Below are positions 45,675 through 57,206 of a stretch of 64,000 nucleotides of DNA, piece by piece (position 1 is the stretch's first letter; every line of letters starts with the position of its first letter). Location of the stretch: positions 960,001 to 1,024,000 of the forward strand of contig BK006938.2 of assembly GCA_000146045.2 (NCBI GenBank), in the 5' to 3' direction. Below the pieces are notes generated by a model. It saw only the letters and a program-made list of their open reading frames with translations, ran no database searches and had not been told where the DNA came from. The translations under genes and the position numbers were made by a program. This DNA comes from TPA_inf: Saccharomyces (lineage: Eukaryota).

Positions 45675-48600
45675 ATGAGAGAAGTGATACTTGCTGTACA
45701 TGGAATGACATGCAGCGCCTGTACTAATACAATCAATACGCAGTTACGAGCTTTAAAGGGTGTAACAAAATGTGATATTAGTTTAGTGACTAATGAGTGC
45801 CAGGTGACATACGATAACGAGGTTACCGCCGATTCTATTAAGGAAATTATAGAGGATTGTGGATTTGACTGTGAGATACTAAGAGATTCTGAAATTACAG
45901 CCATAAGTACGAAGGAAGGACTACTGAGTGTACAAGGTATGACCTGTGGGTCTTGTGTTTCTACAGTCACCAAACAAGTGGAAGGCATTGAGGGTGTTGA
46001 ATCGGTAGTCGTTTCCTTGGTAACGGAAGAGTGCCATGTTATTTATGAACCGTCCAAGACAACGCTAGAAACCGCCAGAGAAATGATTGAAGACTGTGGA
46101 TTTGACTCAAATATTATTATGGATGGCAACGGGAATGCAGACATGACCGAAAAAACGGTGATCTTGAAAGTAACTAAGGCTTTCGAGGACGAATCCCCAC
46201 TCATACTTTCTTCAGTAAGCGAAAGGTTTCAATTTTTGTTAGACCTAGGTGTAAAATCGATAGAAATTTCTGATGATATGCACACACTCACCATAAAATA
46301 CTGTTGTAACGAACTCGGCATTAGAGATTTATTGAGGCACCTTGAGAGGACCGGATATAAATTCACTGTATTTTCCAATTTAGATAATACTACCCAGTTA
46401 AGGCTTCTCTCTAAAGAGGACGAGATAAGATTCTGGAAAAAAAACAGCATAAAATCCACCCTTTTGGCTATAATATGTATGCTATTGTATATGATTGTCC
46501 CTATGATGTGGCCAACAATTGTTCAGGACCGCATATTCCCTTACAAAGAAACCTCCTTTGTTAGAGGTCTGTTCTACAGAGATATTTTGGGTGTAATATT
46601 GGCAAGCTATATTCAGTTCAGCGTTGGTTTTTACTTTTACAAGGCAGCATGGGCATCTTTAAAGCACGGTTCAGGAACCATGGATACACTAGTTTGTGTT
46701 TCCACTACTTGTGCATACACATTTTCTGTGTTTTCTTTAGTTCACAATATGTTCCATCCCTCAAGTACTGGCAAACTCCCAAGGATCGTTTTCGACACAT
46801 CAATCATGATCATTTCATATATTTCCATCGGGAAATATTTGGAAACTTTAGCTAAATCACAAACATCAACCGCACTTTCTAAATTAATTCAGCTCACTCC
46901 ATCGGTGTGTTCAATTATATCTGACGTGGAGCGGAATGAAACCAAGGAAATTCCCATAGAATTATTGCAAGTGAACGATATAGTGGAGATTAAACCAGGG
47001 ATGAAAATTCCTGCTGATGGCATCATAACAAGAGGTGAATCTGAAATTGACGAGTCGTTAATGACAGGCGAATCCATTTTGGTGCCCAAGAAAACTGGTT
47101 TTCCGGTTATTGCTGGTTCTGTTAATGGACCTGGACATTTCTACTTCAGAACTACTACCGTTGGGGAGGAAACTAAATTAGCAAATATTATCAAGGTAAT
47201 GAAAGAAGCACAATTGAGTAAAGCTCCCATTCAGGGGTATGCAGATTATTTAGCCTCTATTTTTGTTCCGGGGATCCTAATTTTGGCAGTATTGACTTTC
47301 TTTATTTGGTGTTTTATTTTAAACATCTCGGCTAATCCTCCCGTCGCTTTCACCGCAAATACTAAGGCTGATAATTTTTTTATTTGCTTACAAACTGCTA
47401 CTTCTGTTGTCATCGTCGCATGCCCATGTGCATTGGGACTTGCCACGCCGACTGCTATAATGGTGGGTACAGGGGTTGGAGCTCAGAATGGTGTCTTAAT
47501 AAAGGGCGGAGAAGTATTGGAAAAATTCAATAGTATTACTACTTTTGTTTTTGATAAAACAGGTACCTTAACTACAGGTTTTATGGTTGTGAAAAAGTTC
47601 CTTAAAGATTCAAATTGGGTTGGAAACGTGGATGAAGACGAAGTTCTCGCCTGTATAAAAGCAACGGAATCCATTAGTGACCATCCAGTTTCGAAAGCAA
47701 TTATACGTTATTGTGATGGTTTGAACTGTAATAAGGCTTTAAATGCCGTTGTTTTAGAAAGCGAATACGTGCTTGGAAAGGGAATAGTCTCAAAGTGTCA
47801 AGTTAATGGAAATACTTATGATATTTGTATTGGGAACGAGGCGCTGATTTTGGAGGATGCATTAAAAAAATCCGGATTTATTAACAGTAATGTCGACCAA
47901 GGAAACACTGTATCATACGTATCAGTAAACGGGCATGTGTTTGGCTTGTTCGAGATTAATGATGAAGTTAAACATGATTCTTACGCAACAGTTCAGTATC
48001 TACAAAGAAATGGATATGAAACGTATATGATTACTGGCGATAATAACTCAGCAGCAAAAAGAGTCGCTAGAGAAGTAGGTATAAGCTTCGAAAATGTTTA
48101 CAGCGATGTGTCACCCACAGGCAAATGTGATCTCGTGAAAAAAATTCAAGATAAAGAAGGTAATAACAAGGTTGCTGTTGTTGGCGATGGCATTAACGAC
48201 GCTCCCGCTTTAGCACTGAGTGATCTAGGTATTGCCATTTCAACAGGTACGGAGATTGCTATTGAAGCAGCTGATATTGTTATACTGTGCGGTAATGATC
48301 TGAATACTAATAGTTTGAGAGGACTGGCCAACGCCATCGATATTTCACTAAAAACGTTCAAAAGAATAAAGCTGAATTTGTTCTGGGCACTTTGCTATAA
48401 TATATTCATGATTCCGATTGCTATGGGTGTGCTCATTCCTTGGGGCATAACTCTTCCTCCAATGCTCGCCGGTTTAGCGATGGCATTCAGCTCGGTCAGT
48501 GTCGTTCTAAGTTCATTGATGTTGAAGAAGTGGACTCCACCGGATATTGAATCACATGGGATTTCAGATTTCAAGTCCAAATTTTCGATTGGGAATTTTT

Positions 48601-48689
48601 GGTCAAGGCTTTTTTCTACGCGGGCTATTGCAGGTGAGCAAGACATAGAATCACAGGCCGGACTAATGTCAAACGAAGAAGTCTTGTAA
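45675..48689 (+). CDS. CCC2: Cu(+)-transporting P1B-type ATPase CCC2 (YDR270W), 1004 aa
   Basis: Two N-terminal HMA domains (GMTCSAC, GMTCGSC). TGES actuator motif. CPC in TM6 (CPCALGLATP). DKTGTLT phosphorylation site. GDGINDAPAL hinge. Confidence 0.95.
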   Translation: MREVILAVHGMTCSACTNTINTQLRALKGVTKCDISLVTNECQVTYDNEVTADSIKEIIEDCGFDCEILRDSEITAISTKEGLLSVQGMTCGSCVSTVTKQVEGIEGVESVVVSLVTEECHVIYEPSKTTLETAREMIEDCGFDSNIIMDGNGNADMTEKTVILKVTKAFEDESPLILSSVSERFQFLLDLGVKSIEISDDMHTLTIKYCCNELGIRDLLRHLERTGYKFTVFSNLDNTTQLRLLSKEDEIRFWKKNSIKSTLLAIICMLLYMIVPMMWPTIVQDRIFPYKETSFVRGLFYRDILGVILASYIQFSVGFYFYKAAWASLKHGSGTMDTLVCVSTTCAYTFSVFSLVHNMFHPSSTGKLPRIVFDTSIMIISYISIGKYLETLAKSQTSTALSKLIQLTPSVCSIISDVERNETKEIPIELLQVNDIVEIKPGMKIPADGIITRGESEIDESLMTGESILVPKKTGFPVIAGSVNGPGHFYFRTTTVGEETKLANIIKVMKEAQLSKAPIQGYADYLASIFVPGILILAVLTFFIWCFILNISANPPVAFTANTKADNFFICLQTATSVVIVACPCALGLATPTAIMVGTGVGAQNGVLIKGGEVLEKFNSITTFVFDKTGTLTTGFMVVKKFLKDSNWVGNVDEDEVLACIKATESISDHPVSKAIIRYCDGLNCNKALNAVVLESEYVLGKGIVSKCQVNGNTYDICIGNEALILEDALKKSGFINSNVDQGNTVSYVSVNGHVFGLFEINDEVKHDSYATVQYLQRNGYETYMITGDNNSAAKRVAREVGISFENVYSDVSPTGKCDLVKKIQDKEGNNKVAVVGDGINDAPALALSDLGIAISTGTEIAIEAADIVILCGNDLNTNSLRGLANAIDISLKTFKRIKLNLFWALCYNIFMIPIAMGVLIPWGITLPPMLAGLAMAFSSVSVVLSSLMLKKWTPPDIESHGISDFKSKFSIGNFWSRLFSTRAIAGEQDIESQAGLMSNEEVL

Positions 48690-49009
48690 ATAACAGGTAA
48701 GTCTAATTTATTTAAAAAAATCCACGAGCATATAGATTTATAACAATAATAATAATTAATATTCATCAATTTTTTAGTAAATTCATATATTTTACTCCTA
48801 CTCTATGTATTTTCAGTAAGTCTACTAGTCGTATTACCCGTCGGTTTCAAGGGATATTATGGAGGTAATAAGGATTTTTTTACCGATTTAAAAACCCATT
48901 ATATCCCTCTTAGAAAAATTTTAGTATTCTTAGATAAGTTGCTAGATTTACCAATATCAAAGGGAAGACTGCAGGACAACACAAAAACACAAGAAAAGGA
49001 GGACAAAAA

Positions 49010-49834
49010 ATGCAGGTTAAATCGATTAAAATGAGATGGGAGTCTGGTGGTGTTAATTACTGCTATCTATTGTCCGACAGTAAAAATAAAAAATCGTGGC
49101 TAATCGATCCAGCAGAGCCTCCTGAGGTTCTGCCAGAGTTGACTGAGGATGAGAAAATAAGTGTTGAAGCAATTGTTAATACACATCACCATTATGACCA
49201 TGCAGATGGTAACGCTGATATCTTGAAGTATTTAAAAGAGAAAAATCCAACTTCAAAAGTTGAGGTTATAGGAGGGTCAAAGGACTGCCCAAAGGTTACG
49301 ATAATTCCGGAGAATTTGAAAAAGTTACACCTAGGTGACTTAGAGATTACTTGTATTAGGACGCCCTGCCATACCAGAGACTCTATCTGTTATTATGTGA
49401 AAGATCCAACAACAGATGAGCGCTGCATTTTTACTGGCGATACACTATTTACCGCTGGTTGCGGTAGGTTTTTTGAGGGTACAGGCGAAGAAATGGATAT
49501 AGCTCTGAACAATTCTATCTTAGAAACTGTGGGCAGGCAGAACTGGAGTAAAACGAGGGTTTATCCAGGACACGAATACACAAGTGATAATGTAAAGTTT
49601 GTTCGTAAGATTTACCCGCAAGTTGGTGAAAATAAAGCATTGGATGAGTTAGAACAATTCTGCTCCAAGCATGAAGTCACAGCAGGGCGGTTCACTTTGA
49701 AAGATGAGGTAGAATTTAATCCATTCATGAGATTAGAAGATCCAAAGGTCCAAAAAGCTGCCGGAGATACGAATAATTCATGGGACAGAGCTCAAATTAT
49801 GGATAAATTGAGAGCTATGAAAAACCGTATGTAG
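49010..49834 (+). CDS. GLO2: Glyoxalase II GLO2 (YDR272W), 274 aa
   Basis: Metallo-beta-lactamase fold with THxHxDH (HTHHHYDHADGN). Hydroxyacylglutathione hydrolase C-terminal region. 274 aa. Confidence 0.88.
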   Translation: MQVKSIKMRWESGGVNYCYLLSDSKNKKSWLIDPAEPPEVLPELTEDEKISVEAIVNTHHHYDHADGNADILKYLKEKNPTSKVEVIGGSKDCPKVTIIPENLKKLHLGDLEITCIRTPCHTRDSICYYVKDPTTDERCIFTGDTLFTAGCGRFFEGTGEEMDIALNNSILETVGRQNWSKTRVYPGHEYTSDNVKFVRKIYPQVGENKALDELEQFCSKHEVTAGRFTLKDEVEFNPFMRLEDPKVQKAAGDTNNSWDRAQIMDKLRAMKNRM

Positions 49835-50175
49835 GAAAGCCAACAGAGTATAATATACTTAAAAATATTCTTTTAGCATACCCTTTTATTTCAATGTATA
49901 AGAGTTTTTGGAACGCTACTTTATAACATTCAGGTCTGTTCACTAGAACTCTTGTAGTTGTGCCGTCATAAAAATTAGTCTTCGCGTGGCTGAAAGAAAA
50001 GTTCCAATAATACGGGCGGCTCGAGTAGAGTAATCATTGCCGTCACAAAACCATTTTCGGGTAGAAATAAAGCAATGGATATTTGAGCTCCAGAATTAAA
50101 ATGGCTTTCCTTTTGCGGTTTACTATCTACTTGACTTTGGCTGGTATTTAAACACAAGTAAGAGAAGCATCAAAC

Positions 50176-51273
50176 ATGGGAAAGAAAAATAGAAAGGGAA
50201 AAGAAAATAATGCTGCTAAAACCTCTTTTCTAAAAGTAGAGAATATTAAAAACACTAATTCGGGATTGGAGCTTCCATCGCAAGACTATACAAACGTTGA
50301 AGAAAAAGAAAGTAGCCCGAAAACTGACTTTCCATTAATTACAAAGGAACATGTAAACACGAAAACTGACAGCAATATTCTCGATTATCCCACCATAGGC
50401 GATTTAGTTTCCTCAGTAGAGAAATTATGTGTCTTGAAAGAATTGAAGATAGCATTTCCAGAAGTAGATGATACATTAATTAAAGCCATTTTAATTGCCT
50501 CCCAAGGGGTTTTGGAGCCGGCATTCAATTCTTTACTCTACTACTCAAGTCCGGAGGAAAACACTGACTTTGCATTACCAATGAAGCCGATAAGTGTGGA
50601 AGACTATAGTAAAATAAATGTGTCTGAGATTTTGCAACGTGAAATATTCGATGATATTGAAGACGAATTTTCTGGTCAAGGAATAAATGGCTCCATGGTA
50701 ATTTCAAAAATTGAATCAGAACTAAGTTCTTTGGCCGAACACATTGGCAACATTAGCACCCCCGGATCGAATAGAGAAGTCGCCGAATCGACTAGGAACG
50801 TGGCTGTTGCAGAGGGCCATAATACAATTTTATCAAACGAAGATAGTATACTCAAGGGAAAAGAGAAGGGAAAAGAGGAGGAAAAGGAGAAGGGAGAAGA
50901 AAAGGGAGTTAACAGCTTAAAAGGCGCCGCTGTGAAAGTTGTTGCGAAGTCATTGAAGAATAATCGCATTCCCGTCACTGTGAAGAGAAATGAGCCTTCA
51001 AACAATTTATTTGACGTTTTAAACTGCGACGAAAGCGAGGAAGAAGAAGAGCAAGATGTCGAAACCAATACGTCGAATCAAGAAAGGAAGAACCAGGGCG
51101 GTAATACTGAAGTGCCGGAGGCTCAGCGTGACAGTGCAGATAGGTTACCTGCCAAGGACGACGGTGGATACAAATCTGCCTTTGGCACTGATAGTTGTGG
51201 TCTATTTGCAGCTGACGCTAAAGATGAAAAAAAGCAGGTTCATCCATCTAGACAAGAATTAAGTTTTACGTAG
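50176..51273 (+). CDS. DON1: Meiosis-specific prospore-membrane protein DON1 (YDR273W), 365 aa
   Basis: 365-aa ORF. CUE-like segment (LKELKIAFPEVDDTLIKAILIASQG). Acidic E/K-rich C-terminal half. Position after GLO2. Confidence 0.75.
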   Translation: MGKKNRKGKENNAAKTSFLKVENIKNTNSGLELPSQDYTNVEEKESSPKTDFPLITKEHVNTKTDSNILDYPTIGDLVSSVEKLCVLKELKIAFPEVDDTLIKAILIASQGVLEPAFNSLLYYSSPEENTDFALPMKPISVEDYSKINVSEILQREIFDDIEDEFSGQGINGSMVISKIESELSSLAEHIGNISTPGSNREVAESTRNVAVAEGHNTILSNEDSILKGKEKGKEEEKEKGEEKGVNSLKGAAVKVVAKSLKNNRIPVTVKRNEPSNNLFDVLNCDESEEEEEQDVETNTSNQERKNQGGNTEVPEAQRDSADRLPAKDDGGYKSAFGTDSCGLFAADAKDEKKQVHPSRQELSFT

Positions 51274-52251
51274 TGTATAGCGGTAATGTTTATTAACTCT
51301 TTCGGCAAAGTGCGTTTGGGCTCGCAATGAACAGACACCACCATTGCTTCTTCTGCGCTTATTTGCCTTTGTTGTATATCTAGTTCTCAAAATGGAGTCA
51401 TTCATCAGTCGATGTGTGGGCGGAAATGACGTTCATCTAGCAATGGCACACTAGTTTTTACTCAACAATTCAAACTCAATGGAAAGCCAGGAAGTTAGCG
51501 CCGGGAAACTTCAGGACAATATAAAAACAGGACTAACGGAAGAAAATAATGTGGGCCTTTTTGAGCAACGCTGACGGTAAGTAGTTTCCTACGATCGTAC
51601 AATCCCGGAAAATTGTAGTGGTGCAAGAAGGGAAAAGAATGATGGCGAAAAATGCACGCGCGTAAATAATGATTTGTCGAGTCCTATTGACCACAAAACC
51701 CGCGGAAACCTAGTTAGCCCAAAAGGAAATGGATAGCATATGAAAAACGAAACGAAACGTCCTTTTGCACGGCAGAAAGAGCTTAGTAGGACCCGGGACA
51801 AATGCAAGTTAGATTCCTTGATTCCCGAATGCTCGGTCTTGCGTTTCGCCGTGGCTGCATGGAAGGTCATCGTACGGGTACGGGCAGTCTGGCTGAGTGG
51901 TGCCGCCAAAGTGCAATAGCTGTCAGTAGGGCGTGAGGAATGTAAAAGGCAAGAAAACATGTACGAGGGAAGAGAAGGGGGCAAAAGAAAGATAATAGGA
52001 ACGGTGTAGATGAACTAGAAAAGGTTCAAGAGATGATAAACGTGAAGGGAGTGTCATATCTACCGACATAAAGATAGAGATCTTTTTTTTTCCTTTATTT
52101 TTTTTTTTGATTTTTTTTTTTGATTTTCTTGATATTAGTTTTTAGAAGTCCTTTGACGGGGCAGCCGGAGAATATATACCAACGGCATTCTATTGTCTTT
52201 TTTTCTTCCTTCCTTGCCAGGCATCTGCATCCATTATTGCCTTTAGTTACA

Positions 52252-52959
52252 ATGTTTTTTTTCCCGAAGCTTAGAAAACTTATAGGTTCAACTGTGATCG
52301 ATCACGATACCAAGAACTCATCAGGAAAGGAAGAGATCATGTCAAATAGCCGATTAGCACTTGTTATTATCAACCACGCCTTTGATAAGGTACTATCTTT
52401 GACGTGGCACTGCGGGATATTATCCGAAATAAGATCAGGACTGATGTTAATGTTTGGCATTTTCCAGTTGATGTGCTCTTTGGGTGTCATCGTATTGCTG
52501 TTGCCTATTATCATACTGGACGCGATCGATCTATTCCTCTACATGTGCAGGTTGCTTGATTACGGTTGCAAGTTATTCCACTACAATAGATCATCATTAC
52601 CGGTGGCAGATGGAAAAGAAAAGACCAGTGGTCCCATAAGCGGAAAGGAGGAAATAGTTATTGATGAGGAGATAATTAATATGCTAAATGAATCCTCAGA
52701 ATCATTGATCAATCATACTACAGCTGGTCTGGAATATGATATTAGTTCAGGTAGTGTTAACAAAAGTAGGCGTTTGAATTCAACTAGTACAGTTACATTT
52801 GTGAAGCAGAATAAACTTGTTAATGAAAGGAGGGAAGACGCCTACTACGAGGAAGAGGATGATGATTTCCTATCAAATCCGAATTATGATAAGATATCAT
52901 TGATCGAAAAATCATTCACGAGTCGTTTTGAAGTGGCTTGTGAGCAGAAAGCTGCTTAA
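52252..52959 (+). CDS. BSC2: BSC2 (YDR275W), lipid-droplet/ER membrane protein, 235 aa
   Basis: The first ATG (MFFFPKLRKL...) gives 235 aa; the track ORF starts upstream at a non-ATG codon. Hydrophobic hairpin segments. Stop TAA at 52957. Confidence 0.75.
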   Translation: MFFFPKLRKLIGSTVIDHDTKNSSGKEEIMSNSRLALVIINHAFDKVLSLTWHCGILSEIRSGLMLMFGIFQLMCSLGVIVLLLPIIILDAIDLFLYMCRLLDYGCKLFHYNRSSLPVADGKEKTSGPISGKEEIVIDEEIINMLNESSESLINHTTAGLEYDISSGSVNKSRRLNSTSTVTFVKQNKLVNERREDAYYEEEDDDFLSNPNYDKISLIEKSFTSRFEVACEQKAA

Positions 52960-53475
52960 ATTGATAATCAAGGTCAAGGCAACGCAACGCCACTGCTAAG
53001 AACACTTATTGCTACAGAAAGGAAACTAAAAATAATTATAAGGCTAGAGAGAAATAAAAACAAAATAAGAGAGATAATATGGGTAAGGGTCTGCCACCCA
53101 TCTGATAAAAGGCTGTTCTATCTTTTGGAACTCTACAACACAGGTAAACGGATGATACTGGCTATATTTATATAGATAAACAAACTTGCAGGACAGATAG
53201 TTAAGCGTCTATATCATGTGTATTTTAAGCGAAGAAAAAAGTACAAAAATGATAAAAGGCAAAAAAGATGAGAAGTTTTTTTTGTGATAAAATTAATTAT
53301 TAAAAAATACACACGTAGTTAAAATTAACAGCGGGGGAGGAAACCTTAAGAGAAAGAGAAACAAAAAAAAAGAAAGGAAACAAATAAAAATGAGGGTGAC
53401 CCGAACATGTTGATACCGTTTCCTAATACTGCTTCCTTATTTCATTTGATAGTTACTTTCGTTTATTGAATGAGC

Positions 53476-53643
53476 TTAATCTTGTAGGACAATGTACAAG
53501 GCATATAGCATACCTGGGAACCAAGCCAAAATGGTCAAAATGATATCCACTATACAGTCAGTACCCCACCCACGGGCTAGAAAAACGGCGACTGGTGGTA
53601 AGAAAAGGGATAATATAATGTTAATGATCTTGGCAGAATCCAT
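53476..53643 (-). CDS. PMP3: Plasma-membrane proteolipid PMP3 (YDR276C), 55 aa
   Basis: Translated by hand as MDSAKIINIILSLFLPPVAVFLARGWGTDCIVDIILTILAWFPGMLYALYIVLQD*. Absent from the ORF track because it is under 60 aa. Two TM helices. Confidence 0.85.
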   Translation of the reverse strand: MDSAKIINIILSLFLPPVAVFLARGWGTDCIVDIILTILAWFPGMLYALYIVLQD

Positions 53644-54400
53644 TGTTGTATTGTGCTGTGCTGTTTAGTTCAAAATGTATAATCAATTGTATTATACTGG
53701 CGAAAAACAACAACCGATAGTAAATTTTCTTCTTTTTTTCCTTTCCCTCTTCCAAAACAAAAACACTCACTTCCTCTTTTGTATTTATAGAGGCGCCCAT
53801 CGCAAAATAACCAGGACCCCCTTTTGAGGGCGTGGTTAAAGGGCACCCAGAGCCCACACCCATTGCATCTTCCGCTATTAGGGGACTGCGGAAGTGAGGG
53901 GAGCAGTAAATAGTGATCTTTGTAATTTTCTGCAAAATCCCTCTCGCTGTCTCGGGTTTTTCGATTCAGAGGACCTTCCCCCCCCCATGTTCCGAGATCG
54001 GTTTTGGTGGTTAGAAGGCCGGAGGAAAGACATTTACCGCTTGCGCGCGGCTTCTTCTGTATGCTGTGCTCAACTACCAAGAGAAGGATTACGCGCACGG
54101 ATACGTTGGATGTCTGCGATTGGTGATGCTAAGAACTAAAGGTATTTCGTCATCGTATGGTTTGATCTTCGCTACCCTTGACTCTTTACTGCGATAACGG
54201 TACCACGTTCCCATAAAATTCTTATTACTAAATCTCTATAAAGCTGCAACAGCTAGTTTGTATATATAAATCATTGGCGCTTCTTCCTCAATTCCTTGGG
54301 AATTTGGAGCTCCTCTATTAAAACTGATGTCCATGGGATAGTATTGATACAATCGAAGAGTCTCCAAAAAAACCATCGGGAAGGTTTCTTTTTAGTATCT

Positions 54401-55702
54401 TCAGGATACTGAATCCGGCTGCCAATCCAATCCTAATCTTTGGTAAACTTGTGCCTGACATTGCGACCATATCGTAGCCTTTTCTTCTTTAGATAAGCTG
54501 ACTTTGTTTTTTCCCTGTTGATTTGTTGCGGCGCTTGATCTCATCATCAATTCATCAAGGTTATTATTGGGGTTTTTCAACTGAATGTTCTTCAATAAAG
54601 CCTTTTTCAGAAGCGATTTTGTTTCTGTGCTGTTTTTCCGCGGTATTATGCTTGGTGGGGGCATGTCCGGTCTTTTTAAGTTGGACTGTTGTAACTTCCA
54701 TTTCTTATATTCGGAGCATCTTTGTTTGAAATCAAACCTGCATTGTGCCTCTACTGCTATATTTAAGAGGTAATTTTCGATGATATTTCTCCATTCCGGT
54801 TTCGACAAATTCATGACGGCTTCATTTCTACCAGTTATATGCTCATGTCTTTTTCTAGCGGTCGCTACTGTATATTTGGCGCTGGTTAGTTTGAATTCAT
54901 AATCTAAGTTAGCCTCCATGTACAGATCCGAATGGACTAACGTTGCGATTATGGTCTCATCGCTAGAATATAGTGGTAATAATTGTAACCTAAACTGGGG
55001 CATATTATCACCCACCGTTATTACTTCCGGTAGTTGATTACCCCATTCGGGCCTTAACTTCTCGACTATCAATAACGATCTTATATCGTTTAAATCCCAA
55101 TCCAATAACTCTCTCTTGGTAAACTTGGGACGCCCGTTACAGAGAATGTTGGATGGGTCTGCTAATAGAATATCTGGCGAATACATGTCATAAAACGTTT
55201 TGGGTAATGCTTCATCCAGGCTCACTCTCGTGATTAACTTGTGGTTAGGAAATTCGGAGAACGAAGAGTCATTAGTTAGTTGCGTGTGCACAGTAGAGGG
55301 GGCAGAAAATATACTTGATTGATAAGACGAGGCATTATCCGAAAGTAAACTCCCACTTTCAGCCACGCTTGATCTCCTGCTCGCTGAATGCATACTGCTT
55401 GAATGATGTGACCTTCTGCTAGGTGAGGAGGCCAATAATCTTTTTTTAATCTCATCTCTAGCTCTATCAGTGTACTCCGGAGGAGCATTCACAAAGTTCT
55501 CTCTTCTCGAAGAAGTCGTGGATTGAGAGCTACTCATTGATAGTGGCAAACTTTGAAAAGAAGCATTATCACTGCCACTCATCGTGTTTTCCGGAATGGC
55601 CTGTAGGGAGCTTGCAAACCCATGATTACTGTTAGTCGATTCTAATGGACGTCGTTGTAAAACTTGGTTTTTCGAAGTTGCTGGTGGTGGTGAAACAAAC
55701 AT
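54401..55702 (-). CDS. MTH1: Glucose-signalling regulator MTH1 (YDR277C), 433 aa
   Basis: 433 aa. S-rich N-terminal half, conserved C-terminal Mth1/Std1 domain. Very long 5' intergenic region. Confidence 0.85.
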   Translation of the reverse strand: MFVSPPPATSKNQVLQRRPLESTNSNHGFASSLQAIPENTMSGSDNASFQSLPLSMSSSQSTTSSRRENFVNAPPEYTDRARDEIKKRLLASSPSRRSHHSSSMHSASRRSSVAESGSLLSDNASSYQSSIFSAPSTVHTQLTNDSSFSEFPNHKLITRVSLDEALPKTFYDMYSPDILLADPSNILCNGRPKFTKRELLDWDLNDIRSLLIVEKLRPEWGNQLPEVITVGDNMPQFRLQLLPLYSSDETIIATLVHSDLYMEANLDYEFKLTSAKYTVATARKRHEHITGRNEAVMNLSKPEWRNIIENYLLNIAVEAQCRFDFKQRCSEYKKWKLQQSNLKRPDMPPPSIIPRKNSTETKSLLKKALLKNIQLKNPNNNLDELMMRSSAATNQQGKNKVSLSKEEKATIWSQCQAQVYQRLGLDWQPDSVS

Positions 55703-57206
55703 TCCTTTGAGTGTGTGTACTCTATGCGTTCGAATAAAATTCTCTTTGTATTGCTGCTTGTGGTTTCGCTATTGAGAACTTTCAATATACGTTAAAAAAT
55801 ACTTGGAGTGAAATGAACAAATCTTTTTGTATGTTTCCTTAAGTTATTAAAAAACTCCATGCTGTTTTTTAATAAAAAAAGAAGCAGTTACAGGCGCATT
55901 ACAAAGTTTGAGAAGAAAGGAAAAATGTCATTTGGTTATATAAATTTTTTTTCTTAATGGAGATTGAGGCAGCAATAAAATGTGGGATGAAAAAAAAAAA
56001 AAAAGGCACTTGAATAAGGGGTAGAATGGCAGATATTCCATGTCTACGGTAGTTTCACTGGAGAAATGGACTCGTATTTTCTCTCACGATGAATTTTTCC
56101 ACAAAATTATAAGATGAGGAAATGTGTGGGGCAGTCATCCTAACAAAACTCGCACGGACTCCATTTCCCCGGACCTTTTTCCCGCTTGTTCTAGGGAATA
56201 ATTTCGGAATAATTTTAGGGACTTCATAGTATGACTGGGTTTCAAGGAACGGAAAAACTGGTTAGTACCGCGTTATTCTGCCATTTGCTGATCGTTTTAG
56301 TGGAGGAGCGGAGGAGGGGGCGGGGTGATAACTTTTTTTCCGCTTTACAATAGAGAAAAGTCCAAGTAAGTCTCGGCGTGAGATGGCCTTGATGTTATTA
56401 GTACCGGCGGCTCCCTAATAGTTTACTAATACGCATACCTTATGTCATATTTTTCCATCAAATATTGATCAGTAGAAAACCTTGGCAATGTACATAGAGC
56501 TACACTTTTTTGGATATGGAGTATTAGAGAAAACTGGGTTTGGTGGGCGAAGAGAGATGTTCCCTACCTCCTCAAGAGTCTTCAACTATGAATTTCACAC
56601 CATATCCTTATCTAAACGAACTATGGGGTGGTCAGCTAACGCAAGTATTGAATTCTTTCTCTTAAAGTACCCCTAAGTTGAAGAATTCATTTTAATCTTC
56701 CTTGCTTTGTCCCCCCCCCCTAGAAGCATAGTTTTGTCTTAACGCTGTAACGGTCTTGTATGCTTATTTTGGTGGTAGGGATCGGTTTGCACCTTGGAAA
56801 TGCTATGTTTACTTTATTAAAAAAATAATTAGTTTTCCTCCAAAACGTAAACAAATATAAGTTTGAGAGACAAAGAAAAGAATGAAAGAGTCTTATATAT
56901 ATATAAGTTAGCTGGTAGCATAACCATTTTTCTCGACTTATTTATAAAACATTCGACATACTTCCATATTTCAAGCATTAATATGAGACCTAGAATTTTT
57001 TCAAGCTAACTTATGTACATTGTAGTTATATGATGAGGAAAAATGTACACAACAGCTTGTGCTGTTTATTCCCATCGTATGTTGCGGTAATGCAAACAGC
57101 AATAGAAAAAAAATTGATATAAGAAGAATATGACTAGTAGCATCACAGTGAAACAGTAACGGTAAATGAATCAGCATGTGAATTTTTCTAGAAAATAAAA
57201 AAGAAA

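Noticed and set aside
51589-51984. 131-aa minus-strand ORF between DON1 and BSC2
   Set aside because: No recognisable features. It overlaps the BSC2 promoter region and corresponds to a dubious-type ORF (YDR274C-like).
53621-54098. Two overlapping minus-strand ORFs (104 and 142 aa) between PMP3 and MTH1
   Set aside because: They partly overlap PMP3 on the same strand in another frame. GC-rich promoter sequence. No domain. Dubious (YDR278C-like).
56140-56200. Mig1 site candidate (CCCCGG with an AT-rich flank) in the MTH1 upstream region
   Set aside because: The AT-rich flank lies on the wrong side of the GC box relative to the WWWWWN(G/C)(C/T)GGGG consensus. Not a confident match.
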